DNA of 63,990 bases, filler included, from Acidimicrobiia bacterium (GCA_046759765.1; 13 parts of 13 records of this genome joined end to end with filler, not necessarily neighbours in it), one strand, 5' to 3'; positions 33,155-44,856 are shown, numbered from the whole stretch's first letter. Numbers and translations are program-made. Notes: generated from the sequence alone by a model not told the origin.

Positions 33155-34263
33155 GCATGCCGGCGAAGCTCCCGGGCGATGACGTTCCGCTGGATCTCGG
33201 ACGTACCCTCGTAGATGCGGGGTGTTCTGACCTCGCGGTAGAGCTTCGCCAGTAGGTGCCCCTCCTCGAGACCAGACGCGCCGTGAATCTGGAGGGCGGA
33301 GTCGACGACTTCTTGGGCGACCTCGGTCGCGAACAGCTTGGCCATCGCCGACCGCATGGTGACTTCTTCCGCCGGTCCTTCGTCATAGACGCGGGCGGCC
33401 TCGTAGGTAAGAAGCCGGGCGGCTTCGGTGCGGGTGGCCATGTCAGCCAGCATGTGAGAGACCGCCTGGAAGTCCGCAATCGGCTGCCCGAATGCCTCCC
33501 GCCCGGCGGCGTAGGAGGAGGCCGACTCGAGCGCAGCCTGGGCCATGCCGACTGCGAACGCACCGACGCTGGGCCGGAATAGGTCGAGTGTGCGCATGGC
33601 CACTCGGAAGCCTCGATCGACTTCCCCGATGACGTGAGAGGCCGGCACGAAGGTGTCCTCGAGCCGCAGGGTGCCGACGGTGTGGGGTGCGAGGAGAGTG
33701 AGAGGCTCACCACTAACGCCGGTCGTGTCTCCCGGAACGATGAAGGCGGTTACTCCCCTCGCTCCGGCATCAGTGGTGCGAGCGAAGACCGTATATAGGT
33801 CGGCTTCCGGCGCATTGGAGATCCACTTCTTCTCCCCGTTCAGTCGCCAGCCGTCGCCGTCGGCTTCGGCCTTGAGTTCGAGTTGGGCTGCGTCCGACCC
33901 TCCCTTGGCTTCGGTCAGGGCGAACGCCGCGATGGCCTTTCCCTGTGCGACGTCGGGAACCCAGCGGGCCGCTTGCTGTTCGCTCCCGGCCAGAACGATC
34001 GGATAGGCACCCAAACCTTGCAGGGCCAACGCCGTCTCCGCTTCGGTGTTTTCGATAGCCAACGCCTCGCGGATTGTGCAGAGATCGGTGGCGGAGACAC
34101 CGCCGGTATTCGAGCCCCCCGTATGGCTCGGGAAGATGCGCGGGAGCAGGCCCTCGGTAGCCAGCGCCCGAACGAGCTGTCGGTCGACCCGTCCTTCGCT
34201 TTCCTCGGTGGTTAGGCGTTCCCGGGCGATCTTTCGGATGGTTGCGACATCGAGCTCGGACAT
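33142..34263 (-). CDS. Acyl-CoA dehydrogenase family protein
   Basis: FALTEAKGGSD, LNGEKKWISNAP, REAFGQPI and RIYEGTSEIQR motifs. Confidence 0.94.
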   Translation of the reverse strand: MSELDVATIRKIARERLTTEESEGRVDRQLVRALATEGLLPRIFPSHTGGSNTGGVSATDLCTIREALAIENTEAETALALQGLGAYPIVLAGSEQQAARWVPDVAQGKAIAAFALTEAKGGSDAAQLELKAEADGDGWRLNGEKKWISNAPEADLYTVFARTTDAGARGVTAFIVPGDTTGVSGEPLTLLAPHTVGTLRLEDTFVPASHVIGEVDRGFRVAMRTLDLFRPSVGAFAVGMAQAALESASSYAAGREAFGQPIADFQAVSHMLADMATRTEAARLLTYEAARVYDEGPAEEVTMRSAMAKLFATEVAQEVVDSALQIHGASGLEEGHLLAKLYREVRTPRIYEGTSEIQRNVIARELRRHAQPG

Positions 34264-34344
34264 CTCAGGAAGAAGCTAGTGGCCGGCCCGGTAGGATCGA
34301 CCGGCCGGCATGTCTGCCGGTCGCGAGGTGTTGGGAGAGGGGAT

Positions 34345-35808
34345 ATGACGCGCACCACCACGGTTGCCGACGTTGAGGTACCCGTCGATCACTGGATCGG
34401 CGGAGAGCGCCGTTCGTCGCCGTCCACGTTTGAGGATGTGTCCCCGATCGACGAGTCGGTCATTGCCGAGATTGCTCGTGGCGGCCCTGATGAAGCGGTA
34501 GGGGCCGTTTCCGCAGCGGCCGAGGCCTTCGAGGACTGGGGTCAAACGACGCCGGAGGAGAGGGCCAAGCATCTGCACAAGATCGCGGACGGGATCGAGG
34601 AGCGCGTCGAAGAGTTGGCCATTGTCGAGACCACTGACAACGGTGCGCTGCTGCGGTCGCACCGGCGCAGCGTCATGCCGAGGGTGGCGCACAACTTCCG
34701 GTTCTTTGCTGACTGGCTGCTCTCGCTGGGCCACGACGACTTCGACACCCGCGGGCATCGCAATCACGTCACCTGGGATCCGTCGGGCGTGGCGGTCCTG
34801 ATCACACCGTGGAATGCGCCCCTGATGCTGGCGACCTGGAAGGTGGCCCCGGCCCTGGCGGCCGGATCAACGGTAATTCTCAAGCCGGCCGAGGGGGCGC
34901 CGCTCACTGCCTCGCTGCTGGCGGACATCGCCCGCGAAGCGGGCGTGCCTGATGGTGTCTTCAACGTCGTCCAGGGCATCGGCGAGGAGGTGGGTCCGAC
35001 GCTCACCGGACATCCGGATGTGGCTCGGATCAGCTTTACGGGATCGGTCGAGACCGGACGGCTCATCTCCGCCTCTGCGGCTGCGAACCTGACCCCGGTC
35101 AGCCTGGAGCTCGGAGGAAAGTCTCCACTGGTCGTCTTTGCCGACGCCGACCTGGAGGCCGCCGTCGACCAGGCGATTGAGCAGTTCGACAACGCCGGAC
35201 AGGTCTGCCTGGCCGGCACCCGTCTGCTGGTGGAGGAGGCGATTCACGACGAGTTTCTGGATCGATTCGTCACCAAGGCCGAGAAGCTGGTTCAGGGTGA
35301 CCCTCGAGACGAGGCAACGGACATCGGTCCGCAGATCACCAGGGAGCACTTCGAGCGCATCGAGGGGTTCGTCTCGCGCGCCAAGGCCGATGGGGCGCGG
35401 GCCGTGATCGGGGGTGGACCCAACGAGGACCTCGGGGGGCTTTACTACCGGCCGACCTTGTTCGTCGAGGCTCCCAAGGGCTCGGAGATCCTTTCCAGTG
35501 AGGTGTTCGGTCCCGTGCTCACCCTTCAGACCTTCCGCGACGAAGAAGAGGCCATCGAGATCGCCAACAGCACCACCTACGGCCTGGCTGCCATTCTCTA
35601 CACCGGAGACCACGAGCGGTCCGAGCGGGTCTCCGCCCAGTTGGCGGCCGGCACCGTGTGGGTCAACTGCTTCTACGTGCGCGATCTGCGCGCTCCCTTT
35701 GGTGGCTCCCGCAACAGCGGCGTCGGGCGGGAAGGCGGCAACTGGAGCTTCGACTTCTACGCCGACGTGAAGAACACTGTCAGCTCGCCCGAACACTGGT
35801 CGGACTGA
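34345..35808 (+). CDS. Aldehyde dehydrogenase (similar to hydroxymuconate-semialdehyde dehydrogenases)
   Basis: ITPWNAPL, FTGSVETG, LELGGKSP, NAGQVCLAG and EVFGP motifs. Confidence 0.93.
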   Translation: MTRTTTVADVEVPVDHWIGGERRSSPSTFEDVSPIDESVIAEIARGGPDEAVGAVSAAAEAFEDWGQTTPEERAKHLHKIADGIEERVEELAIVETTDNGALLRSHRRSVMPRVAHNFRFFADWLLSLGHDDFDTRGHRNHVTWDPSGVAVLITPWNAPLMLATWKVAPALAAGSTVILKPAEGAPLTASLLADIAREAGVPDGVFNVVQGIGEEVGPTLTGHPDVARISFTGSVETGRLISASAAANLTPVSLELGGKSPLVVFADADLEAAVDQAIEQFDNAGQVCLAGTRLLVEEAIHDEFLDRFVTKAEKLVQGDPRDEATDIGPQITREHFERIEGFVSRAKADGARAVIGGGPNEDLGGLYYRPTLFVEAPKGSEILSSEVFGPVLTLQTFRDEEEAIEIANSTTYGLAAILYTGDHERSERVSAQLAAGTVWVNCFYVRDLRAPFGGSRNSGVGREGGNWSFDFYADVKNTVSSPEHWSD

Positions 35809-35926
35809 AGTCTGAGGTTTCTGTCANNNNNNNNNNNNNNNNNNNNNNNNNNNNNNNNNNNNNNNNNNNNTTAATTAATTAANNNNNNNNNNNNNNNNNN
35901 NNNNNNNNNNNNNNNNNNNNNNNNNN

Positions 35927-36069
35927 TACCGAGCAAAGCCCAACCGCTCCTTGAAGAGCTCGCCGGAGCTGGTCTGTCCCCATGCGTGGCCTGGCGCGAG
36001 CATGCCGAAGAGGAGGGTGATGGTGACAGTGGATAACCGTCTGGGGAGAAAGGCGTTGAGGTTTGACAT
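35927..36069 (-). CDS. Hypothetical exported protein, N-terminus (truncated)
   Basis: AAGGAGG RBS; MSNLNAFLPRRLSTVTITLLFGMLAPGHAWG resembles a signal peptide. Confidence 0.5.
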
Positions 36070-36297
36070 GTGCGACCTCCTTTCGTCGTTTGCCTCTCCC
36101 CGCATCATCGCCCAGTTTGGTCAAGCAGCTCTCAAGGGCGGACGGGGCGGGCAGCGAGCAGCAGGTCCCACACGGGCCTCTGACGTGGCCCAGATTACAG
36201 TTGTGGCTCGGGCAGCGGGGAACGCACGGCGGTCGAGTTCATGAAGCCGGGATCTCGGCCGAGACCCGGTGCAACAAACGACCTGGCTAAATGCGCC

Positions 36298-39200
36298 CTA
36301 GTCGCCTGACACGTAGGCGGGCTCCACCTCCAGCCTCGTCTTCTTGCGCCGCAGCAGCAACCTGAGATCACTGATCGCGTAGAGGGCCGACGGCAAGAGG
36401 AGTAGCGTCAGCAAGGTGCCGAAGATCAGACCGAACGCCACCGACACCGCCATCGGGACCAGGAATTGGCCCTGCTCGCTCCGGAGCAGGATGATGGGCG
36501 CCAGGCCGCCGGCGGTGGTGATCGTTGTTAGCACAATGGGACGGAACCTGGACCGGGCAGCCTCGCACAGCGCCTCGCCGACGTCCATCCCCTTCCTGAT
36601 CAGGTTGTTGTAGCGGTCCACCAGCACTACGGAGTCGTTGATTATGATCCCTGCCAGCGCGACGATGCCCAAGAACGAGAGGATCGAGACGGAGATCCCC
36701 ATGATGTAGTGGCCGATCACGGCGCCGATAACGCCCAGCGGAATGAGGCTCATGACCAACAGCGTCTGGAGGTAAGACTTCAAGAGGAAGAGCAGGATGG
36801 TGAACATCACCACGAAGGCGAGGCTCATGGTGAACCTCATGGAGCCGACCATCTTTTGCACTTCCGCCTGTTGGCCGGTGCCGGTGGACCGGGTGACGCC
36901 CTCCACCTGGGCCAGCACGGTCGGTACCGCCTCCTCGTTGATCTCCCGCAGGACCACCTGGAGGTCATTCTTGGAGTAATCCATGCCGGCGCGTACGGTG
37001 ACGGCGCGGTTTCCGTCCTCGTGGCGGATCCGCCTGAGGCCGCGCTCGATCCGGTATTCGGCCACCTCCTTGAAGGAGACGTAATAGCCCGTCGGTGTCC
37101 TGACCTTTAGGTTCTCGATCTGGGCGATGGAGACCCGGTCTTCCTTGGGGAAGCGGACCCACACCTTCATCTCGTCACGGCCACGCTGGAGCCGCATCAC
37201 TTCCTCGCCGTAGAAGCCCTGGCGGAGCTGCGCGGTGAGATCGCGGACGGTAAAGCCCAGCGCTTGACCCTTGGGTTTGAGAGTCACGATGAACTCGTTG
37301 TTGCCCAGCGGCGTATCGTCGCGGATATCCTTCACGCCGTCGATCCCGGCCAGCTCCTTTTTCAGAAGTTCCTTCGCCCTGAAGAGCTGCTGGTAGTCCT
37401 TGCTCTGGAAGCGCACTGAGATGGGCGTACCGCCGAAGGCGAAACCGCCGACGATCACGTTCTCCGCCTCGGGCACGGTCCCGATGTATTCGGCGAGGGC
37501 GTCGGAGAACTCCTTGACGGAATAGTCCCGATCGGCGGAGGACGGCAGCACGAAGAAGATGTTGAGGGTGGTACCGCCGCTCATCCACGACGTGTAGTTC
37601 TGTATTGGGCTTAGCTCACCCTTCTTCGGGTGGTCCCACTCGTCGCCGAAGGCCACCGACTTGTCGATCAGCTTGTAGCGGATGTCATTCGCCACCTCGG
37701 CGGACATGCCCGCCGGGACCTCCACCTGGATCCTGGCGTAGGGCGGCTCGATCTCGGGGAAGAACTGGGCCCGCACGTGCTGCCCCTGGAACGCCCCCGC
37801 CATGATGAGGATCACCGCGATCATGGCGGCGCCCACCGGCCAGCGGTTATCCAGGCAGAACCGGAGCACCGGGCTGTAGACGCGCTCTAGGACGAACTTG
37901 AAGGCGCCGTCGAGCCGATCCCGCACCTTCGAGAGGAAGCTATGAGCCTCCGGGTGCTCCTGAAGCGCCCGGGAGTGGGCGAGGTGCGCCGGCAGGATGA
38001 TCGTCGCCTCGAAGATCGAGAAGAGGAGCGAGATGATCACCACGGCGGCGATCTGCCAGACGTACTTTCCAAGGACGCCGTAGAAGTAGAAGTATGGCAC
38101 GAAGGCGACGATAGTGGTGGCGATGGAGGTCGACACCGGCTTGATCACGTCCATCGTCCCGTCGATGGCCGCCTGCACCGGCGATTTGCCGTACTTCTCC
38201 CACTGGGAGTAGATGCTCTCCCCGATGATGATGCCGTCGTCCACCAGGATCCCGATCACCATGATGATGCCGAAGAGGCTCATCTCGTTGATCGTGATGT
38301 CGAGGAGCCAAAGGACGAAGAACATCCCCAACAGCGAGAAGGGGATGCTCAGCGCCACCCACAACGACATCCGCAGGTTGAAGAAGATCGCCAGCAGCAC
38401 GAGGACGAGCGTGAGCCCGAGGATGCCGTTCTTGCCCATCAGGTTGAGGCGCTCCTCAAGCTCCTGGGTGTCGCTGATAAACGTATTGAAGTGGACCAGA
38501 CCGGCGTACCTCTCCTCGTACTCCTCGACTTTACTATCGACGATCTCGGTGATCTCGAGGACGTCCTCGTTGACGCTGTACATCACATTGAAGCCCACGG
38601 AGCGACGGCCGTTGTACTCCGAGAAAAACCGGTTCTCCGGCCACTGCTCCTGGACTGTGGCGAAGTCGATCAGGCGGATGCGCTGCCCGTCGATGGAGGA
38701 GACGACCTCGATGTCCTCGAACTCCTTCGCCTCATACCTGGTGTTGTACGAGCGGATGAGGATCTCCTCCTGACCGGTGAGCACCGAGCCGGAGGAGATG
38801 TTCAGGTTCGAGTTCCGGATGGCTTCGGCGATGTCGGCAATCGTGAGCTTGTAGCGGATCAGGGCCTGGGGCGAGACCTCGACGGAGATCTCGCGCACCG
38901 GCAGGCCCCACCACCGTATGTTGGAGATCTTCCCCGTGGCGAGGAGATCATCCCGGAACTCCTCGACGATCTTCTTCAGGGTGAAGTGATCCTCGGGGCC
39001 GTAGATGGAGAGCATCACGGCTCGGTTCCACTGCGCCGACTGGTAGACGGTCGGCTTCTCGGCCCCGGTGGGATAAGAGTTGATGGAGTTGACGGCGTTC
39101 TTAATGTCCTGGACCGCCCGGTTCATGTCCCAGTCGGGCGGATATTCCACGTTGACGTAGCCCCAGCCGTCCGACGACCAGGAGGCGACCCGCTGGATCC

Positions 39201-39438
39201 CCTCGATCCCGCGAAGCGCCTCCTCGATCTTAACCACGATCCCCTCCTCCACCTCGATTGCTGAGGCGCCGGGATAGGGGACTTGGATCTCCACCTCCTC
39301 GAGCTCGAACTTCGGGGCGAGCCGCCGGTCAAGCATGAAGAGGGCGAAAACGCCGGCGAGGCAGACGACGAGCACCAACCAGTTGGTGACGATCGAGTGC
39401 TGTATGAAGTGGTGGATGACCTTTCTCACCGTCCGCAC
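36298..39438 (-). CDS. RND efflux permease (AcrB/AcrD/AcrF family)
   Basis: 1046 aa; YPGASAIEVEEG, GILVDDGIIIGE, GIIINDSVV and RFRPIVLTTITT motifs. Confidence 0.95.
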   Translation of the reverse strand: MRTVRKVIHHFIQHSIVTNWLVLVVCLAGVFALFMLDRRLAPKFELEEVEIQVPYPGASAIEVEEGIVVKIEEALRGIEGIQRVASWSSDGWGYVNVEYPPDWDMNRAVQDIKNAVNSINSYPTGAEKPTVYQSAQWNRAVMLSIYGPEDHFTLKKIVEEFRDDLLATGKISNIRWWGLPVREISVEVSPQALIRYKLTIADIAEAIRNSNLNISSGSVLTGQEEILIRSYNTRYEAKEFEDIEVVSSIDGQRIRLIDFATVQEQWPENRFFSEYNGRRSVGFNVMYSVNEDVLEITEIVDSKVEEYEERYAGLVHFNTFISDTQELEERLNLMGKNGILGLTLVLVLLAIFFNLRMSLWVALSIPFSLLGMFFVLWLLDITINEMSLFGIIMVIGILVDDGIIIGESIYSQWEKYGKSPVQAAIDGTMDVIKPVSTSIATTIVAFVPYFYFYGVLGKYVWQIAAVVIISLLFSIFEATIILPAHLAHSRALQEHPEAHSFLSKVRDRLDGAFKFVLERVYSPVLRFCLDNRWPVGAAMIAVILIMAGAFQGQHVRAQFFPEIEPPYARIQVEVPAGMSAEVANDIRYKLIDKSVAFGDEWDHPKKGELSPIQNYTSWMSGGTTLNIFFVLPSSADRDYSVKEFSDALAEYIGTVPEAENVIVGGFAFGGTPISVRFQSKDYQQLFRAKELLKKELAGIDGVKDIRDDTPLGNNEFIVTLKPKGQALGFTVRDLTAQLRQGFYGEEVMRLQRGRDEMKVWVRFPKEDRVSIAQIENLKVRTPTGYYVSFKEVAEYRIERGLRRIRHEDGNRAVTVRAGMDYSKNDLQVVLREINEEAVPTVLAQVEGVTRSTGTGQQAEVQKMVGSMRFTMSLAFVVMFTILLFLLKSYLQTLLVMSLIPLGVIGAVIGHYIMGISVSILSFLGIVALAGIIINDSVVLVDRYNNLIRKGMDVGEALCEAARSRFRPIVLTTITTAGGLAPIILLRSEQGQFLVPMAVSVAFGLIFGTLLTLLLLPSALYAISDLRLLLRRKKTRLEVEPAYVSGD

Positions 39439-39493
39439 CTATTGGTTACGTGTGGACCGACGATTCGGACCGAGGTCGTCTGCCGCCGGCCGG

Positions 39494-40728
39494 TTAACGC
39501 TCAGCTGACCTGCTAGCCGTAGCCGTCTCGGCGCCGTTTTCCTCCCCGGCGAGGTCCAGCTGCACCGGTTCCTCGGTGGTGGCGTTTGCGTCGCGGATGG
39601 CCATCCCGATGAGCGGCTTCTGCAGGAGGGTGGTGACGATCACAGTCTCGTCGGGCACGGTGTTCCTGACGATGGCCAGGTCGCCCTGAAGCGCGACGAC
39701 TTCCACTCGCTGCCGCCCCAGCTTCCCGACCTCCATGGTGAAGACGTAGCCCTCGTTGTCCACCAGGTGGCGGCGGATCGCGGCCACGTCCTTGAGGGTG
39801 CGGCCTTCGATGTTCACGTGCACGTAGTTACCGGGCAGGAAGTGTGGGTGTAGCTTCGCGTTCGTGAACTTGACGTAGACGCTGAGCGTCTGCGAGTTCC
39901 GGTCGAGGTTGGTGTCCCGGCGCCTGATGCGGCCGGTGATCGACTCGCCGCCCCGCTCATCCTCATAGATCGTCACGCGGGGCGAGGTCGAGAAGTCGAG
40001 CTGCTGGCTCTCCTCCACGATAAGCGGCACCGGTACGACGAGGTTCACGGCGTCGCTCAGGGTGAAGAGGTGCTGCCCCACCGAAACGAAGGTGTTCTCG
40101 ATCACGCCGGTGGAAGTGATGTAGCCCGAGAACGGCGCCCGGATCGTATGCTTCGAGAGCAGGAGCTCCTGATTCTTCACCGCGTAGTATTTCCCGAAGA
40201 TGTCCTTGGCGCTGACCTTGATCTTCTCCTGCGCCCTGGTGATCTCGGGGAGCTCACGCACCGGCTGGTTGATGTCGAGGCTGTTGAAGTAGTCGAACCA
40301 CTTCTTGTAGACGCGGGGATCGTCGATCTGAAGCTCCGGTAGGAGCGCCGCCACCGCGTTCAGGAACTCGGAGCGCAAAGCGAAGAGATCATTCTCCACA
40401 TCCCGGGAGTCCACCTTCACCACCACCTCGCCAGCGGGGACGAAGGTCCCGTCCTTCAGGTTGTTCCTCGCGAGGGTAACCCGGCCATTGGCTTCCGAGA
40501 TGATCTCGAGCTCCCGTTCGGACTCGATCACGCCATCCCCTTCGACCGCCAGCGTCAGATCGCCGAAGACGAGCTTCTGGATCTCCACCGCCCTGGGTTC
40601 GGGGGTGAACGCTCGCTTCTTGCTCTGCTTCCGGGTCGAGCCGAGGGCCTGCATGACCACGAACCCGACCAACAGGATCGCGGGCACGGCTCCGAGGCCC
40701 GAAACGCCAGGCGGGACACTAGACAGCA
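39494..40728 (-). CDS. RND periplasmic adaptor (membrane fusion protein), 5' end uncertain or truncated
   Basis: N-terminal TM, GRV..DGTFV..GEV lipoyl half-motif, IRAPFSG, PGNYVHV. Confidence 0.88.
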
Positions 40729-40829
40729 NNNNNNNNNNNNNNNNNNNNNNNNNNNNNNNNNNNNNNNNNNNNTTAATTAATTAANNNNNNNNNNNNNNNN
40801 NNNNNNNNNNNNNNNNNNNNNNNNNNNNG

Positions 40830-41021
40830 GGTGAGCTGGGACGGCGACGAGTATCGGGAGTGCTTCAGCCGACGGATGACGGCCGCCTCCCGCGTTACTC
40901 GGGGCTGTTCCGCCGCTCCGACGGGCTGGCATTCTGGGTCGAGCTGTGGGATTTCCGGGAAGCAGAGGGGTTCGCGGGAGCCCCCGAAGGGCCGGTACTC
41001 ACTTACGTGGTGCTCTGGTAA
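40830..41021 (+). CDS. C-terminus of a hypothetical protein (5' truncated)
   Basis: Open frame from the contig start ending ...GLAFWVELWDFREAEGFAGAPEGPVLTYVVLW*. Confidence 0.35.
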   Translation, partial: GELGRRRVSGVLQPTDDGRLPRYSGLFRRSDGLAFWVELWDFREAEGFAGAPEGPVLTYVVLW

Positions 41022-41030
41022 TCCCCGGTA

Positions 41031-41534
41031 CTACTCGAGCTGCAGCTCGCCTTCTCTCTCCGGGCGTGGCCTGAGCTTGCGGAGCTTGATCGAGCGGGCG
41101 CATGTGTTCCACCGCAGGATGGCGTCGTCGTTTCCGGCCGGACGAATTGCAGCCGCCTCCTCATAGAACTCCATCGCCTGCCGGAAGTGCTGGTACGCGA
41201 ACTGCTGCGAAGGACCGCGGCTGAGAAACGCACGTGCTCTCCGCTCCGAGATAATGCCGGCGTAGTAGCTGCGCTGGTAGGGATCGGAGAGCCTGTCTAC
41301 GTGCTTGCGGGCCGCGGTTGCCCTCGGGTCGGAGCCGCCCGTCTCGAATTGGTCCGTTATGGCGAGGATGAGAACCACCAGGGCCCGCTGGTTGTCCGGT
41401 TCGACTTCGAGGATGTCGAGGCAGATGCTCTCCGCCAACTCAGGCTGGTTGAGAAGCCGGTAGTGCTCGGCTCGCTCCAACGCCGCCGGAAGACCTTCCT
41501 CAGTGAGCCTTTTCAGCTCGAAGGATTCGACCAT
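41031..41534 (-). CDS. Hypothetical helical (TPR-like) protein
   Basis: AEHYRLLNQPELAESICLDILEVEPDNQ and NDDAILRWNTC; 9 nt downstream of frdD on the same strand. Confidence 0.75.
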   Translation of the reverse strand: MVESFELKRLTEEGLPAALERAEHYRLLNQPELAESICLDILEVEPDNQRALVVLILAITDQFETGGSDPRATAARKHVDRLSDPYQRSYYAGIISERRARAFLSRGPSQQFAYQHFRQAMEFYEEAAAIRPAGNDDAILRWNTCARSIKLRKLRPRPEREGELQLE

Positions 41535-41543
41535 CCTCAGACT

Positions 41544-41885
41544 CTACAAACGGAGCAGAAAGTACCCCGCGAGCAGGGTTCCCAGCGCGGCGGTTCCATA
41601 GAACAGCACCTTCTGCCGTCCCAGCGTCCCAAAGCCGAGATCCACGAGCGCGTACCGAAAGCGGTGAGCCCAGTGGAAGAGAGGAAGGGAGATGAGTACA
41701 AGAAGATAGAGGCGAACGAGCGGGTTCTTTATGAGAGCAAGCAACGACTCCTCGCTGAGGAGCCCGGCCGGGATCGCCAGGCCGGTCAGGACGATCGTGA
41801 CCGGAAACAGGAAGGCAGAAACCACTCCTCCGGCAGAGAAGAGCAGCCAGGCCAGCGGATCGGTCGTTCGGTAGGGGGACCTCAT
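41544..41885 (-). CDS. frdD: Fumarate reductase subunit D
   Basis: WLLFSAGGVVSA and LPLFHWAHRFR; three TM segments. Confidence 0.88.
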   Translation of the reverse strand: MRSPYRTTDPLAWLLFSAGGVVSAFLFPVTIVLTGLAIPAGLLSEESLLALIKNPLVRLYLLVLISLPLFHWAHRFRYALVDLGFGTLGRQKVLFYGTAALGTLLAGYFLLRL

Positions 41886-42262
41886 CTCAGCGCCAGAAAG
41901 GCCACGACGAGCGAGACGCCGATCCAGGCGGCGAACCCACCGGCGGCGATGAACAGTTCCGGTACTCGTTCCTCGCCCAGCCGGATGGCCAGGGACTTCG
42001 GCATCAGGTTGATCCAGGTGACCGCATGAAGCAGCACGGGGAGAAGAACAATCAGATGGAGGACCACGCTGACAGGGCTTCGAAGAGCCTCGTAGAGCTC
42101 GGAGAAGGACTCGGCGTCTGCAGCCGAGGCGACGAGCACCAGCAGAAAGACGGCGTAGGCGGCGACCGCCAAGCTCGTCAGCTCGCGGACCATGAAGATG
42201 AAGTAGCTGACTTTACGGAACCACCAATCGGGCGGCAGGGCCCCGACGTACTCGCGGTTCAT
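41882..42262 (-). CDS. frdC: Fumarate reductase subunit C
   Basis: WWFRK..Y..FMVRELTS and LHAVTWINLMPK. Confidence 0.88.
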   Translation of the reverse strand: MNREYVGALPPDWWFRKVSYFIFMVRELTSLAVAAYAVFLLVLVASAADAESFSELYEALRSPVSVVLHLIVLLPVLLHAVTWINLMPKSLAIRLGEERVPELFIAAGGFAAWIGVSLVVAFLALR

Positions 42263-43026
42263 CGGCTTCGCCTTCGGGGCAGCAGTGACAGCGCCCAGTC
42301 GGTGGAGTACTGGAGCTTCGACATCTGGATGGCCCCAGCCGGGTCAACGTCCTTCGGACATACCCGGGTGCAGTCCCCGACGTAGGTGCACTCCCAGATA
42401 CCCTCGTGACCCATCATCGCCGCAGCCCGATCCCTCTGCCCACCGTCGCGCGAGTCCAGGTTGTAGCGGTGCCCGAGAGCGAGTGCCGCCGGACCGACGA
42501 ACGTCGAATCCAATCCGTAGACAGGGCAGGCCGAGTAGCACAGCATGCAGTTGATGCACATCGAGAACCGTTTGTAGTTGTCCAGCTCAGCGGGTGTCTG
42601 TAGGTATTCGCCTTCTTCCGTTCCCTTGGGCTCCTTTGGTATCAGCCACGCCTCGACGGCCGGCAGCTTCTCCATGAAGTCGTCCATGTTGATCACGAGA
42701 TCCTTGATCACGGGAAAGTGGCTCAGGGGCTCGACACGAATCGGATCGGGGTAGTACTCGGAGAGAAAACCCTCGCAGGTGAGCTTCGGCTCGCTATTGA
42801 CCATCATCCCGCAACTTCCACACACTCCCATCCGACAGGACCAGCGGAAGCTGAGGGTGGGGTCGATCCAGCTCCTGATGTGGTTGAGAGCGTCTAGGAC
42901 CACCCAGTCCGGGTTGTAAGGCACCTCATAGGTCTGAAATCGTGGCTCCCACTCGTCATCGGGCAGGTAGCGGAACACCTCCAGGACCATGCTCCCGTTG
43001 GCGTCCCCGGTCTCAGCTGCTGCCAT
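42259..43026 (-). CDS. frdB: Fumarate reductase iron-sulfur subunit
   Basis: [23 protein letters not shown] and [13 protein letters not shown]. Confidence 0.93.
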   Translation of the reverse strand: MAAAETGDANGSMVLEVFRYLPDDEWEPRFQTYEVPYNPDWVVLDALNHIRSWIDPTLSFRWSCRMGVCGSCGMMVNSEPKLTCEGFLSEYYPDPIRVEPLSHFPVIKDLVINMDDFMEKLPAVEAWLIPKEPKGTEEGEYLQTPAELDNYKRFSMCINCMLCYSACPVYGLDSTFVGPAALALGHRYNLDSRDGGQRDRAAAMMGHEGIWECTYVGDCTRVCPKDVDPAGAIQMSKLQYSTDWALSLLPRRRSR

Positions 43027-44767
43027 ATGCCCGTTCTCCCGGTGGCCAGCGGGTGATCACTACATCTAGGTAGGAGATCTCCGGCTCGCCCTCCGTGCGA
43101 TGTGACAGGGAGTGCTTCAAGAAGTGCTCGTCGTCCCGGTCCGGATAGTCGGTGCGTTGGTGGGAGCCCCGCGACTCCGTTCGCGCCAGCGCACTGTGCG
43201 CCACAGTTTCTCCCACTTCGAGCATTGCTTCCAACTCCAGCGCCGAAATGAGTTCCATATTGAAGGGGCGGCTCCGGTCGGTGACTCCCACCTTGGCGAA
43301 TCTTTCTTTGAGCTCCGCAATGACGGCGGATGTCTCGCGCAGCGCCGATTCCTCCCGGAAGATGCCGGCTCCTTGCTCGAGGGCTTCGTTCAGCTCTTGG
43401 TGGATCTTGGCCGTCGACTCGCCGGCGGGAGCTTCCAGCAGGTCTCGTATGCGCTCCGCTTCCGAAGACTCCATCGCCAGCAAAGCCCGCTCGTCGAACG
43501 ATGGGTGCTCATGAGCGTGCTGGACTGCCGCCCGGGCGGCTCGCTTGCCGAATACGAGCAGCTCGGGGAGTGAGTTGGACCCCAGCCGGTTGGCTCCGTT
43601 GATGCTCACGCAGGCGCATTCTCCGGCGGCGAACAGACCGGGCAGCGGAGTGGCCCCTTCGATGTCGGTGTGAATCCCGCCCATCATGTAGTGGACGACG
43701 GTCCGAACGGGGATCGGCTCGAGGACCGGATCAATCCCGACATACCGAACGGCCAGTTCGCGGACCATGGGGATCTTCTTGTCGATCAGCTCCTCACCGA
43801 GATGACGCAGATCGAGATGGACGTATTCGCCATAAGGGCCGTCAAACGTCCGACCTTTGTCGCGCTCGTGCATGAAGGCCTGTGACAGGCGATCTCGCGG
43901 GCCGAGCTCCATCGTTGCCTTCTGGGGGTGGTTGGGATCGTCGACCTCGAGTGGCTGTCCCAGGTCGTAGTCGGCCAGATAGCGGTATCCGTCTTTGTTG
44001 ACCATGATCCCGCCCTCTCCCCGGGCGGCCTCGGTGATGAGAATGCCGGTGCCGGGGAGCCCGGTCGGGTGGTACTGGACGAACTCCATGTCCTTGAGCG
44101 GGACTCCGGCTCGGTAGGCCAGAGCCATCCCGTCACCGGTCTTGATGGCCCCGTTGGTCGTGAAGGGAAAAATCCGACCCGCGCCTCCGGTGCACATGAT
44201 CACGGCTTTTGCGGCAATGGCATGGACCGTCCCTCGGCGGAGGTCTATGGCCGTGACGCCTTGGCAGCGTCCATTGTCCACAACGAGCGACGTGACGAAC
44301 CACTCGTCGTACCGGGTGATCGTAGGGAACTGGAGACTGGTCTGGAAGAGGCTATGGAGCATATGGAAGCCGGTCTTGTCGGCCGCAAACCAGGTTCTTT
44401 CGATCTTCATCCCTCCGAAAGCCCGGACTGCAATCTCTCCGGTGGGCTCACGGCTCCACGGGCAACCCCAGTGCTCCAACTGGATCATCTCGGCGGGCGC
44501 CTCACGTACGAAGGCTTCGACTGCGTCCTGGTCGGCCAGCCAGTCCGAACCGGAGATAGTGTCGTCGGCGTGATCGTCGAGCGAGTCGTTGTCCTTGATG
44601 ACCGCGGCCGCGCCACCTTCGGCCGAGACGGTGTGAGATCGCATGGGGTACACCTTGGATACGACTGCTACGGATAGTTCCGGTGACTCCTCCGCGATGG
44701 CGATCGCCGCTCGGAGTCCGGCTCCGCCTCCTCCAACGATCAAGACATCGTGGGCGGGTAGATTCAT
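43013..44767 (-). CDS. frdA: Fumarate reductase flavoprotein subunit
   Basis: [16 protein letters not shown] (covalent-FAD His), [21 protein letters not shown] and [10 protein letters not shown]. Confidence 0.95.
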   Translation of the reverse strand: MNLPAHDVLIVGGGGAGLRAAIAIAEESPELSVAVVSKVYPMRSHTVSAEGGAAAVIKDNDSLDDHADDTISGSDWLADQDAVEAFVREAPAEMIQLEHWGCPWSREPTGEIAVRAFGGMKIERTWFAADKTGFHMLHSLFQTSLQFPTITRYDEWFVTSLVVDNGRCQGVTAIDLRRGTVHAIAAKAVIMCTGGAGRIFPFTTNGAIKTGDGMALAYRAGVPLKDMEFVQYHPTGLPGTGILITEAARGEGGIMVNKDGYRYLADYDLGQPLEVDDPNHPQKATMELGPRDRLSQAFMHERDKGRTFDGPYGEYVHLDLRHLGEELIDKKIPMVRELAVRYVGIDPVLEPIPVRTVVHYMMGGIHTDIEGATPLPGLFAAGECACVSINGANRLGSNSLPELLVFGKRAARAAVQHAHEHPSFDERALLAMESSEAERIRDLLEAPAGESTAKIHQELNEALEQGAGIFREESALRETSAVIAELKERFAKVGVTDRSRPFNMELISALELEAMLEVGETVAHSALARTESRGSHQRTDYPDRDDEHFLKHSLSHRTEGEPEISYLDVVITRWPPGERAYGSS

Positions 44768-44856
44768 GGCCTTCTCAGACGGCGCGGCGATACTAGGGCT
44801 CTCCTCTGCCGGTACCCGGCTCGGCGATCCTCACTTGGCGCTGCTTTCCTAGCGCG

